Program-made: the position numbers and the translations under genes
Virus record (IMG/VR): IMGVR_UViG_3300023174_005299
Coordinates: 1-64,000 of that record
Strand: one strand, 5' to 3'
DNA from: a virus
DNA: 64,000 nt
Shown: positions 18,675 through 28,076 of the stretch, piece by piece
Numbering within the stretch: the first letter of the stretch is position 1
Layout: the number at the start of each line of letters is the position of its first letter
The notes under the pieces: generated by a model
The model's input: only the letters and a program-made list of their open reading frames with translations
Database searches by the model: none
Told to the model about the DNA's origin: nothing

Positions 18675-18935
18675 TTATAATGTTTTGCCGACTGTTTCTA
18701 AAATTGTTTCCAGTAACTCATGATCCAGTTTGGCTTTACCAAACTCGGCTTTGTGTGCAACCCTTATTGCTTTTTTAAGCACAGCAGGTTTGATCTCTAA
18801 CTCCTCGGCAATGGCCTTGATGGTGTCATTAAGGCCAGCATTGAGAGTTTCAACTTCGTGCATGACTTGCATACCCTCATTGATGATTTGTGTGAGTTTG
18901 AGTTTTTGCTCACCATTAAAAGTTTTGGTATCCAT
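18675..18935 (-). CDS. small helical DNA-binding protein (DsbA/GapR-like)
   Basis: 86 aa all-helical, IKAIAEELEIKPAVLKKAIR; GAGG RBS. Confidence 0.55.
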   Translation of the reverse strand: MDTKTFNGEQKLKLTQIINEGMQVMHEVETLNAGLNDTIKAIAEELEIKPAVLKKAIRVAHKAEFGKAKLDHELLETILETVGKTL

Positions 18936-18979
18936 ATGTCCTCGGTAAAATTCAATTATACTAGCAAGTTTTCTATTTG

Positions 18980-20260
18980 TCAATACCTATAAGCATCGGG
19001 TTTGTATGGTCCGGCTTGATTGACACTGATATAGTTTGCTTGTTCTTCGGTTAACTCGGTGAGTTCGGCATGACATCTTGCAAGGTGCAGTCTAGCTACC
19101 ATTTCGTCTAAGTGCTTGGGCAATACATAAATCTCACCAATTTCATAATTGTTGGTATTAGTGTAAAGTTCAATCTGTGCCAACACTTGGTTGGTAAAAC
19201 TGTTGCTCATCACAAAGCTGGGGTGACCTGTGCCGCAACCCAAATTCACCAAGCGGCCTTTGGCCAACATGATAATGCGCTTGCCGTCGGGGAACACAAC
19301 GTGGTCCACCTGGGGCTTGATTTCTTCCCACACTAAGTCGCCTAAACTTGCAACATCAATCTCATTGTCAAAGTGTCCGATGTTGCACACAATGGCATTG
19401 TTTTTCATACGGCTCATGTGATCAAAGTTGATGACATTCACATTGCCGGTGGCTGTGACAAATATGTCAGCTTTGTCGGCAGCATAGTCCATGGTGACAA
19501 CTCGATATCCCTCCATAGCAGCCTGTAGTGCGCAAATAGGATCAATTTCTGTAACCCAGACTTGTGCGCTGAGTGCACGTAATGCTTGTGCACTGCCCTT
19601 ACCTACATCTCCATAGCCAGCCACCACAGCAATCTTGCCAGCAATCATTACATCAGTGGCACGTTTGATACCATCTACTAGACTTTCACGGCAACCATAC
19701 AAGTTGTCAAACTTGCTTTTGGTCACACTGTCGTTGACATTGAACACACGGAACGGCAAATTGTTGGCCAGTTGTTTTTCTTTTAGTCGATAGATACCTG
19801 TGGTGGTTTCTTCACTGACCCCTAGGATACCCGGCACAAGATCGGGAAAGTGTGTTTGAATACGATCAGTTAAATCATGTCCATCATCTAACACCATGTT
19901 GGGTTCCCAACCAATCAAGGTTTGATCAATGCACCACCAATACTCTTCTTCAGTCTCACCTTTCCAGGCAAACACCGGAACTCCCAAGTCAGCCAATGCG
20001 GCAGCGGCATGATCTTGTGTGCTAAAAATATTGCAACTTGACCAGCGCACTTCGGCACCTAGATCTATCAATGTTTTGACCAACACAGCAGTTTGAATAG
20101 TCATGTGTAGACTACCCACAATTCGTGCGCCGGCCAAGGGCTTTTGATCACGGAACTGTTCTCTAACTGCAATCAGTCCCGGCATTTCGGTTTCAGCGAT
20201 GGCAATTTCTTTGTGTCCCCAGCTGGCTAGGGCAATATCGGCAATTTTAAAATTATTCAT
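18980..20260 (-). CDS. ahcY: S-adenosylhomocysteine hydrolase
   Basis: [66 protein letters not shown]. Confidence 0.98.
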   Translation of the reverse strand: MNNFKIADIALASWGHKEIAIAETEMPGLIAVREQFRDQKPLAGARIVGSLHMTIQTAVLVKTLIDLGAEVRWSSCNIFSTQDHAAAALADLGVPVFAWKGETEEEYWWCIDQTLIGWEPNMVLDDGHDLTDRIQTHFPDLVPGILGVSEETTTGIYRLKEKQLANNLPFRVFNVNDSVTKSKFDNLYGCRESLVDGIKRATDVMIAGKIAVVAGYGDVGKGSAQALRALSAQVWVTEIDPICALQAAMEGYRVVTMDYAADKADIFVTATGNVNVINFDHMSRMKNNAIVCNIGHFDNEIDVASLGDLVWEEIKPQVDHVVFPDGKRIIMLAKGRLVNLGCGTGHPSFVMSNSFTNQVLAQIELYTNTNNYEIGEIYVLPKHLDEMVARLHLARCHAELTELTEEQANYISVNQAGPYKPDAYRY

Positions 20261-20281
20261 GTTTGTAATATAGTTGTTAAT

Positions 20282-20372
20282 GCTCACTTCAGACTACAAA
20301 GGTAGCGAGTCTTTTTCGTCTAGGCAGCAGCCGCCCACACACTCGGTAACGAGTACCGGTCCTAAGGTGTGT
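20282..20372 (-). ncRNA. candidate structured RNA upstream of ahcY
   Basis: GC-rich; ACACAC/GTGTGT stem enclosing CGGTA/TACCG, GGGC/GCCT hairpin, AGAC/GTCT stem, CTCGCT/AGTGAG pseudoknot potential. Confidence 0.45.
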
Positions 20373-20619
20373 TCTTTTTAAGTGTGTAATACACTTTAAT
20401 TTGATTTATCATTTCTTTGAGCACGGTGTCAGATTCTGACGCACGTCTAATTTCACCCCAAAGTTTATCTTCTCGAATCTGGTCAACAAGACTTTTGGCC
20501 CGAGTATTCTGTCCAATCATTATGCGTTCAGACTTACCAAGTTCTCTAGCGTATACTGTGTCACCACCGTCGGGACTTTCGTAGATGTAAGTAGCACCTG
20601 GTTTAAGTTTACCCATCAA
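20362..20619 (-). CDS. hypothetical phage protein
   Basis: YIYESPDGGDTVYARE motif common in T4-like phage small proteins. Confidence 0.7.
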   Translation of the reverse strand: MMGKLKPGATYIYESPDGGDTVYARELGKSERIMIGQNTRAKSLVDQIREDKLWGEIRRASESDTVLKEMINQIKVYYTLKKNTP

Positions 20620-21713
20620 TTTGTTAGGTAGTCCACAGCATAGTCTTGATCCACAAGACTTTTATGACACTTTTGTTCACACTCTACCCAAGCACAGCTT
20701 TGATCATCGAAGCTGTTGAATAAGTGCGACCAAGCATCATCATTTAACACATCCTCTAGACTGCGATGGTGTAGATTTATACTGTCCTTGAATTTGTTTT
20801 GAAAATTATCTTTGAAATGAATGGTTTTGCGATCATTGCCCATCTCTCGATAAGTGTAGCTGGTCCAACTGCAGGGATGCAATAACCCATCAGCACTGAC
20901 ATAGATGGCACGATTTCCAATTTCACACAATGGTGTGATAAATGTGTTGTGTTTGTTTTTGACCTGCTCAAATCTCTGCTGTGTTTCAGCCATGAATTGT
21001 TGATTCAACTGTTGCCGTCCTGACAAGTTGATCAACCGACGTTCGTATCTATGACTTTTGCTGATCCATTCTGCTCTAGGTTCAAGCTCATCGTGGTCGC
21101 CATTGTATCGCTCGCCATACTTGCTGCCAAACTTGGTGCTCAATGTCAACTGCAACCCATCACATCCAATGGATCTAGCCTGTTGTTCAATGTTGGCAAG
21201 ATGATCTTGATTGAATTGAAAAACAATTGTGGCCCAGTAAACAAAGGCCTTGCTGTGTTGGCACATGATATTCATGCCGGACATGATGCTGTCCCAGTCG
21301 CTGTTGACTCTGTATAAATTGTTGCTGGCTTGATCATAGCCATCTACACTGAAATTCACAGTGTCATACTCGTTGCTGATTTTTGCAAAGTCGTGCCACC
21401 AAGAGTCCTTTTTGTAACTGCCATTGGTGATGGTGTACAAGTGTATGCGATCATTGTGTGTTTTGATGTAATCAACAATGTCTAGATATTGACTGGCATA
21501 GATGGGGTCACCAATGTCACCGCACATAGTAATGCGTTGCACTTCGTTTTTCAACAGATCTGGACTCAGCACCTTTTTAAAGAAATTCAAATCAAGTTCT
21601 TTGTTTAATTTAAAAACAGGCTCTTCGTCATTTCTAGGACATCGTGGGCACTTCAGGGTGCATTTACCACTTACTTCAAAGTGCCAATGATATAACTGCC
21701 AGGGATATTTCAT
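20616..21713 (-). CDS. radical SAM protein with SPASM/twitch-like C-terminus
   Basis: CTLKCPRC, GDIGDP, TNG, FSVDG, C...DGLLHPC...C..C. Confidence 0.9.
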   Translation of the reverse strand: MKYPWQLYHWHFEVSGKCTLKCPRCPRNDEEPVFKLNKELDLNFFKKVLSPDLLKNEVQRITMCGDIGDPIYASQYLDIVDYIKTHNDRIHLYTITNGSYKKDSWWHDFAKISNEYDTVNFSVDGYDQASNNLYRVNSDWDSIMSGMNIMCQHSKAFVYWATIVFQFNQDHLANIEQQARSIGCDGLQLTLSTKFGSKYGERYNGDHDELEPRAEWISKSHRYERRLINLSGRQQLNQQFMAETQQRFEQVKNKHNTFITPLCEIGNRAIYVSADGLLHPCSWTSYTYREMGNDRKTIHFKDNFQNKFKDSINLHHRSLEDVLNDDAWSHLFNSFDDQSCAWVECEQKCHKSLVDQDYAVDYLTN

Positions 21714-22330
21714 TTTTCTAATCTAATGTGTTTTAGCAAGTGCTGTTGATCACCCAATGCAGTTCTCACTGGTGCCACCAAGTCTTCGGGCACCATGTAA
21801 TTTTGTCCAGCATACCAGGCATCAATCTCTGAGTGCGGCACTGTGCCGTTGTGTCGATTGTATCTAAGATTGGTTTTGCATAGACCGGGTTGTATGTAAG
21901 TGAGTCCAATCTCGGGAGGTAGTTCACGCTGTATGCCTTGGCAGAAAGTTTCAAGTCCAGTTTTGGACACTGTGTAGGGAATTTTACCCGGCCATACATA
22001 GTCGGTGGAGGTGCTACCAATCACAACGATCTTGCCCCAGTTGGGAGGCCGTTGAGCAAGATAGAATTTTACCAAGTGCATGTTGGCAATCAAATTCACT
22101 TGTATGTTGTATTGCCAGTCATCGTCGGGCATGTCAACAAATGGTTGGTTTCCACTGCGGTCAGCCCCGGCACACAACACAAGTGCATCAAAGTCATTTA
22201 ACAATGCCAAGAAAGGTTTGGATAGATCTAGTTCACTGCGAGGTAGTGCAACTACATCATGGTCTTTTTGTAAATCTTTATTAATTGCTTGTCCGATACC
22301 ACTCGAACCACCGGTCAAAAATACTCGCAA
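21710..22330 (-). CDS. short-chain dehydrogenase/reductase
   Basis: TGGSSGIG, YTVSK (YxxxK), PGLCKT; TTG start. Confidence 0.88.
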   Translation of the reverse strand: MRVFLTGGSSGIGQAINKDLQKDHDVVALPRSELDLSKPFLALLNDFDALVLCAGADRSGNQPFVDMPDDDWQYNIQVNLIANMHLVKFYLAQRPPNWGKIVVIGSTSTDYVWPGKIPYTVSKTGLETFCQGIQRELPPEIGLTYIQPGLCKTNLRYNRHNGTVPHSEIDAWYAGQNYMVPEDLVAPVRTALGDQQHLLKHIRLEK

Positions 22331-22420
22331 AATGTGTCCTTAAAATTTTAGTGTACTATCAAGTAGACTATAATTTATTATACAACCATTGTACAGCCAA
22401 TGTCAAGCTATTTTAAAGCT

Positions 22421-24724
22421 TTATTGCCAGACGCCGCCTTTGTTTTTGTACCAGATTTTAGCCCATCGATTGGCATCTTCAACAAGATGTTGATCAAACC
22501 TACTTGATGCTGCCACCTGTGCCTGTTCCCACAATAATAAATTTGAAGGTTTCAATTGGTTCTCAGTGATGCTTTCATTGGGCACACAGTTGCGTACTTG
22601 TCCGCCATTCTTACCTTTTTTAGTGCCCTCGGCGTGCTTGCCTGGCCAACAACGTGTGTAACCATTGGCGTCTTTTTGACCTTTTTTGATCTCATTGATA
22701 TTGCCATGTGTTTGACACATGCCACAGTCTTCACACACCATTTCCATCTCTGTGCTTTCATTGTGTTTCTTCTTACCTGCACAGTGAGCACGTTGGCTAA
22801 ACCCTTTAGGGTGAGAGCAGTTGATTGAATTTTTATACTTTTGGCTCCAGGCTTCGTTTAGTTCTAATTCACTGTGCGGGAAGGCAATATATGTGTCACC
22901 GTTGACATCGCCTGGACGAATTAAAAATACCCCTGCATCATCATCACCAGATTCATCTTGACCAATTTCCCAACCCATTGAAGCCAATGTTCGTTGTGCT
23001 TTGGCCATTTGTTGCTCTGTGCCCAACCACCATTGTGAGGCCAACTGCTTTAGAATATGTTCTTCATCGGGCTCACGGTCATCACCACCAGGTGGTGCAA
23101 ATTCACTTAATTCTTTTTTTTTAGCAATGGCAGCTTCTTCTACAGCCTTTTTAAACCCCTTGCCTGGTACCCAACCTGCAATGGGCTTGCACTTGCAACT
23201 ATCTCCGGGACATTTGCAGTTTTTCATACCACATTGCATACAGCGTTTTTCTGTGCTTTCGGCTACGCCCTGTTGTGGATCGTTGGGGTTGGTGGTCAAT
23301 ACAAACTCTTTGCCTTTGTTGAACAGTTTAGCCTGCATTGTTAATGCGGCTTTGTTTGCGGCAGCCTTGCCACGGTACGAGTAGGGATTGCCTTGTTTGT
23401 CTCTAATGAGTTTGCCATTGAGACGAATATACCAAGTCTGGGTGTCACGATCTAAGTCATGTCGCTCATCATCTCTTGCGCCACGTGCAAACCCTGTGGT
23501 ATTGGCATGATATTTTTGGCCTGCTTCGCCTAGACCTTGCTCCATTTGTCCCAATGTTTGTTCAACTTGGCGTACCCACCCGCTGACATCACTGCTTCCA
23601 ATTTCTTCTACGTCGCCCACAAAGTCGGCAACTTCATCAATGGCATTTAAAACTTTTTCAGGACCGTACTTGCTCAATAAGTCAACTCGTTGGCTCATGA
23701 TGCGACGTGTGATAGCACCGGCCACTGGACTGTGTTCTTCACCTTCTGCCACACCTTGTTCTTTATCAGTGTCAATCAACGTAAAGTTTTGCATACGCAT
23801 TTTTGCTTGTTGTTTTAATTGTTGCCATTCTTGTTGCTTTGCGGCTTTTTGTTCTGGAGACATAGCGGCATACTCTCTACCACTAATGCGAACCTCGACC
23901 TTTTCTGGGTTGGAGCCTTCTGCCACGCTTTCTTTTTTAGCAGCCAGCTCAGCTCTTTTCTTCATTAATAATGCCAAGCCTGAATTAGGAGCAGGTTCTT
24001 TATTACCATCCTCTGCCACACCTTGCTGGCTATACTTGTCAATCGCTTGGCCAAGCCATAACCTATAAAAACCAGGGCGTTCATTATATGCGCTAGTGCC
24101 GAGTACAGTTATTAATGCGGCTATAGCATCATTTTCTGTTGGGCCTTTCATTTTGGCTGCTATTTTATCAACAAGTGGATCAAATCGTGGTGTATCTTCT
24201 GCCATACCTTGTGTCTGACTCAATGCTTGTTTCTGACGCAATGCATCACGAGCCATTACTGTGTTTTCACGCGAGTTGTCGGGACCAAACCCATGTAATC
24301 TATTGCCGGCAGCAACGCCTGCACCTGTGGCCTTGCTGACATCTTTTGGTGTTGAGGAATAGCCACTTGTTGGGTTTGCACTCCACGCATCCATCTTATC
24401 GTATGCTCTGTTTTGAACTGCACCCAGTGCCGCTCTACCTGCCGGAGTGTTTCCAATTTCACTTAATTGTTCTTCCGCTATACCTTGTTGATCTTTTTGT
24501 AACCATCCGTAAACACTTACTAGGTCACTGGGAAAGTCTGCGTCGTAGTTGAACACAGACATGGCTCTTTTATTACCCAGTGCTGTTACTGCCAAGGGCC
24601 AGGCCGCATCTAGTATTTGATTTTCATCATGGATGTTGGGATTGGCATCAAACACTTGTTTTGCCAGGTCTTCGGCATAGTTGCCGCCACTGTTTGTGTT
24701 TTCAAATAGTTGATTGAGATTCAT
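22421..24724 (-). CDS. modular polyvalent protein with repeated QGVAE-type linkers and Cys-rich micro-modules; probable virion-internal protein
   Basis: 767 aa; linkers QGIAE, QGMAE, QGVAE x3, ESVAE, QGLGE; Cys-rich modules near the C-terminus. Confidence 0.7.
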   Translation of the reverse strand: MNLNQLFENTNSGGNYAEDLAKQVFDANPNIHDENQILDAAWPLAVTALGNKRAMSVFNYDADFPSDLVSVYGWLQKDQQGIAEEQLSEIGNTPAGRAALGAVQNRAYDKMDAWSANPTSGYSSTPKDVSKATGAGVAAGNRLHGFGPDNSRENTVMARDALRQKQALSQTQGMAEDTPRFDPLVDKIAAKMKGPTENDAIAALITVLGTSAYNERPGFYRLWLGQAIDKYSQQGVAEDGNKEPAPNSGLALLMKKRAELAAKKESVAEGSNPEKVEVRISGREYAAMSPEQKAAKQQEWQQLKQQAKMRMQNFTLIDTDKEQGVAEGEEHSPVAGAITRRIMSQRVDLLSKYGPEKVLNAIDEVADFVGDVEEIGSSDVSGWVRQVEQTLGQMEQGLGEAGQKYHANTTGFARGARDDERHDLDRDTQTWYIRLNGKLIRDKQGNPYSYRGKAAANKAALTMQAKLFNKGKEFVLTTNPNDPQQGVAESTEKRCMQCGMKNCKCPGDSCKCKPIAGWVPGKGFKKAVEEAAIAKKKELSEFAPPGGDDREPDEEHILKQLASQWWLGTEQQMAKAQRTLASMGWEIGQDESGDDDAGVFLIRPGDVNGDTYIAFPHSELELNEAWSQKYKNSINCSHPKGFSQRAHCAGKKKHNESTEMEMVCEDCGMCQTHGNINEIKKGQKDANGYTRCWPGKHAEGTKKGKNGGQVRNCVPNESITENQLKPSNLLLWEQAQVAASSRFDQHLVEDANRWAKIWYKNKGGVWQ
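23258..24487 (-). repeat. dispersed 15-bp repeats (consensus CAAGGTGTGGCRGAA) encoding QGVAE-like linkers
   Basis: Copies at 24473-24487, 24197-24211, 24011-24025, 23918-23932, 23744-23758, 23525-23539, 23258-23272; further copies at 29139-29153 and 29523-29537. Confidence 0.75.
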
Positions 24725-25275
24725 TATTTTTCTTCCAAGTAGTCCGCATTGCCTTCGGCCATTTTGCGTCGATTACAGTACATTTCACAAGCCATGACTG
24801 CATGTTCTAAATTTTTAAATTTTGCTGAGTGTGGTCGGTTTTTAATAGATACACGGAACCCATCATCTTCGTTGCCGTGAATCTTGATTTCGTGGCCATC
24901 ATCTGTGGTGATTGTTTTCACAGCAGAACCAAGCATGTCATCCTGCATTTGTTTATTTGATTGTAGTCCAGTGTCATGATTGATTGCACTGGCAACATCC
25001 TGCAAATAGTCGCCCAAGCGTTTTTTGACATTGCTCACAACATCTTCACTGGCCATGGATTCTTCCACACTTTCACCGCCTACAAAATATTTCTTGGCAG
25101 GATGTGCAGGGTCTGTTTTATCTTTTAAAACAGAAATAGAATTTGGTTTAAACAATGCTGGCATCTGCGGCACAGATTTTTGTTGTTTGTTTAGTCCATG
25201 CTTGACATTGGTGGGGGTGACATCACCTTCATTAATGGCATCAATGCGAGAAAGAATTTTTCTAATGTCACTCAT
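24724..25275 (-). CDS. hypothetical protein (probable head-associated)
   Basis: 183-aa ORF coupled to both neighbours; MSDIRKILSRIDAINE leader ending in xxE. Confidence 0.65.
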   Translation of the reverse strand: MSDIRKILSRIDAINEGDVTPTNVKHGLNKQQKSVPQMPALFKPNSISVLKDKTDPAHPAKKYFVGGESVEESMASEDVVSNVKKRLGDYLQDVASAINHDTGLQSNKQMQDDMLGSAVKTITTDDGHEIKIHGNEDDGFRVSIKNRPHSAKFKNLEHAVMACEMYCNRRKMAEGNADYLEEK

Positions 25276-25712
25276 GCTCGATTATCTTTCAGGAAACTAC
25301 GCAACATCCAACCATGCTTGCCATGTGCATCAAGACGCTCGGCCACAAAGTTGGCAATGCCTTGATTGTTTTCTTGCTCAGCTGATGCAAAGCATTGATT
25401 TAACAAATCAATCATGGTGCTGTTGTTGTCAAGTAACTCTTCGATCATCAAACGAGCACGTGGAATCTTTGTTTGTCCTTGGATAACTGATAACTCTAAA
25501 AAACGCTCAAAACTGCCGGGACTGTACTCGTCTAATGTGCGAATGTATTCAGCAATTTTATCAACAACACCATACACCTCACTGTAAAAATCCCCAAAGA
25601 ATTCATGCATTTGAGCAAAGTCTGGACCTTCCACATTCCAGTGAAAGTTTTGTGCTTTGATACTCAGGGCATATTGGGTAGCAAGTAGGGTCTTTAAATC
25701 ATCAGCGAGCAT
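25272..25712 (-). CDS. dps: Dps / DNA-binding ferritin-like protein
   Basis: NFHWNVEGPDFAQMHEFF, DKIAEYIR, KHGWML. Confidence 0.93.
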   Translation of the reverse strand: MLADDLKTLLATQYALSIKAQNFHWNVEGPDFAQMHEFFGDFYSEVYGVVDKIAEYIRTLDEYSPGSFERFLELSVIQGQTKIPRARLMIEELLDNNSTMIDLLNQCFASAEQENNQGIANFVAERLDAHGKHGWMLRSFLKDNRA

Positions 25713-25866
25713 TCTTTTTTCCTTTAGGCCATGCATTTACATAGCTATTTTTATATTTAGTTTTATTGGGTAATCCTGGTCGCGTAATTACCTCGCCCAT
25801 GGGCATGGACACTGTGGCAATTCCACCGCTGACTGTGTTTTCTCTGACAAATTCTCGTGCTCGCAT
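25702..25866 (-). CDS. small protein (54 aa) with MRAREFVRE leader; absent from the ORF track
   Basis: Hand translation MRAREFVRENTVSGGIATVSMPMGEVITRPGLPNKTKYKNSYVNAWPKGKKNAR; TAATG overlap with the upstream gene. Confidence 0.7.
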   Translation of the reverse strand: MRAREFVRENTVSGGIATVSMPMGEVITRPGLPNKTKYKNSYVNAWPKGKKNAR

Positions 25867-26153
25867 TATTCAATCACCAAAACATTGTTTTCTTCCCAGT
25901 GTGCATCGCCATGTTCAACTGCATGGCAGTCAATGGTGATTTGTGATGCACAAGGAGCAATGGATTCAACTTCAAGTTGATATCTTCCAGGAACTGCTTC
26001 TATTTGTAATATTTGTTTTAGATAATAATTGGAGTCCCAGCGCCAACTGCGTTCGGTGAATAATTCACCGTTGAGATACACACGATAAACTGGGGGTATC
26101 CCCTCCCAGTTACATTCTAAATCAAACACAGCTAGAACAAATTTTTTATCCAC
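25866..26153 (-). CDS. hypothetical protein
   Basis: 95 aa beta-rich ORF, GTG start after CTAAATA. Confidence 0.6.
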   Translation of the reverse strand: MDKKFVLAVFDLECNWEGIPPVYRVYLNGELFTERSWRWDSNYYLKQILQIEAVPGRYQLEVESIAPCASQITIDCHAVEHGDAHWEENNVLVIE

Positions 26154-26160
26154 TAGATAT

Positions 26161-26367
26161 TTAGCGGAGTTTAATTTCTTTGGGTTGCCCTACTAGTACA
26201 TTGCGATCGTTGTATTGTGCCCGGATAATTCGACGAGCCATTTCAGCATTACGGGCCTGCACAGTGGTGTCTATGATGTTGGTGTATCCCGGCTGTTTTA
26301 GTTTTATTTTTACAGCAAAGGTTTTTAGGCCTGTTTTTTTAGGATTTAAAAAATCTTGTGCTTTCAT
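26161..26367 (-). CDS. small basic protein with MKAQDF leader
   Basis: ATGA overlap at 26364-26367; TTVQARNAEMARRII motif. Confidence 0.65.
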   Translation of the reverse strand: MKAQDFLNPKKTGLKTFAVKIKLKQPGYTNIIDTTVQARNAEMARRIIRAQYNDRNVLVGQPKEIKLR

Positions 26368-27197
26368 TTTTTCTTGCCCGATTTCATATTGGCGCACCAG
26401 TGATACATCCGAGCCCGTTCGCCTGATGCGTTTTTAGCACGAGCACGTAGATCAGTTACTGACCCATCACAACTGGCACCTGCACGTTTCACACGTCCAG
26501 GACGACTCTTGCCCTTGACCTTGCCATCTGCAAAGTTTTCTTTCATGATCCATGTATCTGGTACTTGTTTATACCGGTCTACCCACATGTCATGCAACTT
26601 CTGACCACTGATGCTGTGAGTTTTTGCAATACGTGTCATTATCTTGTCAATTGTGTCATACACTTGATCATTGCTGGCAGACTGTAATCGTTGTTTGCGA
26701 GCCGTCAATGCCGCTCGTAGTTCTTCCACAGCTTGATTATCTTTGCTGTGGTCCATGTTTTCCGCCACAGTGGATTCCGCGGCAGTACCGATCAAATGCT
26801 TTGCATCGCCTGCCTTGTTCCAGGCCGCCCACATTGCTTGGCCTTGACTTGTTTGATTGTAACTGGGTCGAATATCATTGCCTAACATTTTGGCATACGC
26901 ATACATTGTGGATGCCACACCTTTGTTTCTATATGCTGGGTCAACCTCAGTGCCGCCGCTTTCTAAGTAATCCGCGGATGGATCTCTCTTCCCTCCTGGA
27001 GATCTTACAATTATTTCAAACAGGATATGACCTATTTCCCTATCGCTATCATAGGCCTTAACTGACAATAATGGCTCACCCATAAACATTTCAACTGATG
27101 CTTTGTAAGTATAATCACCAATCTTTTGTGTGTGTCTGAATCTTCGATTAAGAATATCTGTGTTTATTGTTTCAGTAACAAACTCTTGTGCTCTCAT
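26364..27197 (-). CDS. GNAT-like acetyltransferase domain plus small modules; MRAQEFVTE leader
   Basis: VDPAYRNKGVASTMY (GNAT motif A), QTSQGQAMW; modules begin after VAE and MKE. Confidence 0.7.
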   Translation of the reverse strand: MRAQEFVTETINTDILNRRFRHTQKIGDYTYKASVEMFMGEPLLSVKAYDSDREIGHILFEIIVRSPGGKRDPSADYLESGGTEVDPAYRNKGVASTMYAYAKMLGNDIRPSYNQTSQGQAMWAAWNKAGDAKHLIGTAAESTVAENMDHSKDNQAVEELRAALTARKQRLQSASNDQVYDTIDKIMTRIAKTHSISGQKLHDMWVDRYKQVPDTWIMKENFADGKVKGKSRPGRVKRAGASCDGSVTDLRARAKNASGERARMYHWCANMKSGKKK

Positions 27198-28075
27198 GCT
27201 AGTCCAATCTTGCCAGGTGCCATTGGTCCGTCTTTGATTCTTTCACCGCCATCAAAGTAACGTATTTCAATGGGCATGTCCTGCCAGTTTAATCTGTAGG
27301 CAGCCATGATACGATGATTGCCTTCGTTGACCCATGCTTCACCATTGTAGGCCACCATGATATAGGGCAGGTATTCCTGATCGGGATTACTGCCCATGGG
27401 CGGCAACTTGCCTGTGCGTTCCATGTAATCCATCAACCACTTTAAGTCATCTCGACGCACATTGGTTTGTTCGTTGCGCATGCCGGGAAGAGAAGCCAAT
27501 CTCATTACACGCACTCTAGGTGGAGTTCCAACAACACCGGCAGTAGTGCTACCCATATAAGGAACACCGTAGCTGTTGCGGCCTTTGCTTTGAGCATAGT
27601 CTATTTTATCTTGTAACCATTCTTCGTTGGGTACATCTACACTTAACTTGCCTTCTGTTACTGTTTGCTCTTTGATTCGTGGATTTAGGGTTTTTATGTG
27701 TGTAGCATCGCCTTGTTTTTCCCACTTATTCCACATGGCCTGGCCATCATCTGTTTGATTGGTAGAAGGTGATATGTTGGCACCCAGCATACGCATCACA
27801 GCATACATGTTTGCGGCAATACCTTGTCCCTGCCACTCTGGCTCTACATGAGTGCTTAGACTTTCCAATCCCGGACGAGTTTTGTGCTTCCAAAATCCTG
27901 CTTGAGCAATCACTTCGTTGTTTTTGTCAGTCACAGTGACCACCGGGCCAAATCCTTGATCATTTGTTACTTCGTACATGACGCCATTGATTTCCTGACG
28001 GAACTCAAACCCCGGTTGCATCACATCCTGGTTGAATTTTTCTTTGTATTCGCGTAAAAACTCTTGTGCTCTCAT
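27194..28075 (-). CDS. GNAT-like domain fused to a ParB/Srx-like domain; MRAQEFLRE leader
   Basis: VEPEWQGQGIAANMY, QTDDGQAMW; C-terminal VNEGNHRIMAA (ParB GxHR). Confidence 0.72.
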   Translation of the reverse strand: MRAQEFLREYKEKFNQDVMQPGFEFRQEINGVMYEVTNDQGFGPVVTVTDKNNEVIAQAGFWKHKTRPGLESLSTHVEPEWQGQGIAANMYAVMRMLGANISPSTNQTDDGQAMWNKWEKQGDATHIKTLNPRIKEQTVTEGKLSVDVPNEEWLQDKIDYAQSKGRNSYGVPYMGSTTAGVVGTPPRVRVMRLASLPGMRNEQTNVRRDDLKWLMDYMERTGKLPPMGSNPDQEYLPYIMVAYNGEAWVNEGNHRIMAAYRLNWQDMPIEIRYFDGGERIKDGPMAPGKIGLA

Positions 28076-28076
28076 A

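Noticed and set aside
20282-20372. Canonical SAH riboswitch upstream of ahcY
   Set aside because: The GAGGAGCG...AGGCUC consensus is not visible; kept only as an unknown structured RNA
23258-24487. Spaced 15-bp repeats as a possible CRISPR array
   Set aside because: Repeats are short, degenerate at codon third positions, in frame within a CDS and irregularly spaced (about 90-280 bp); no cas genes
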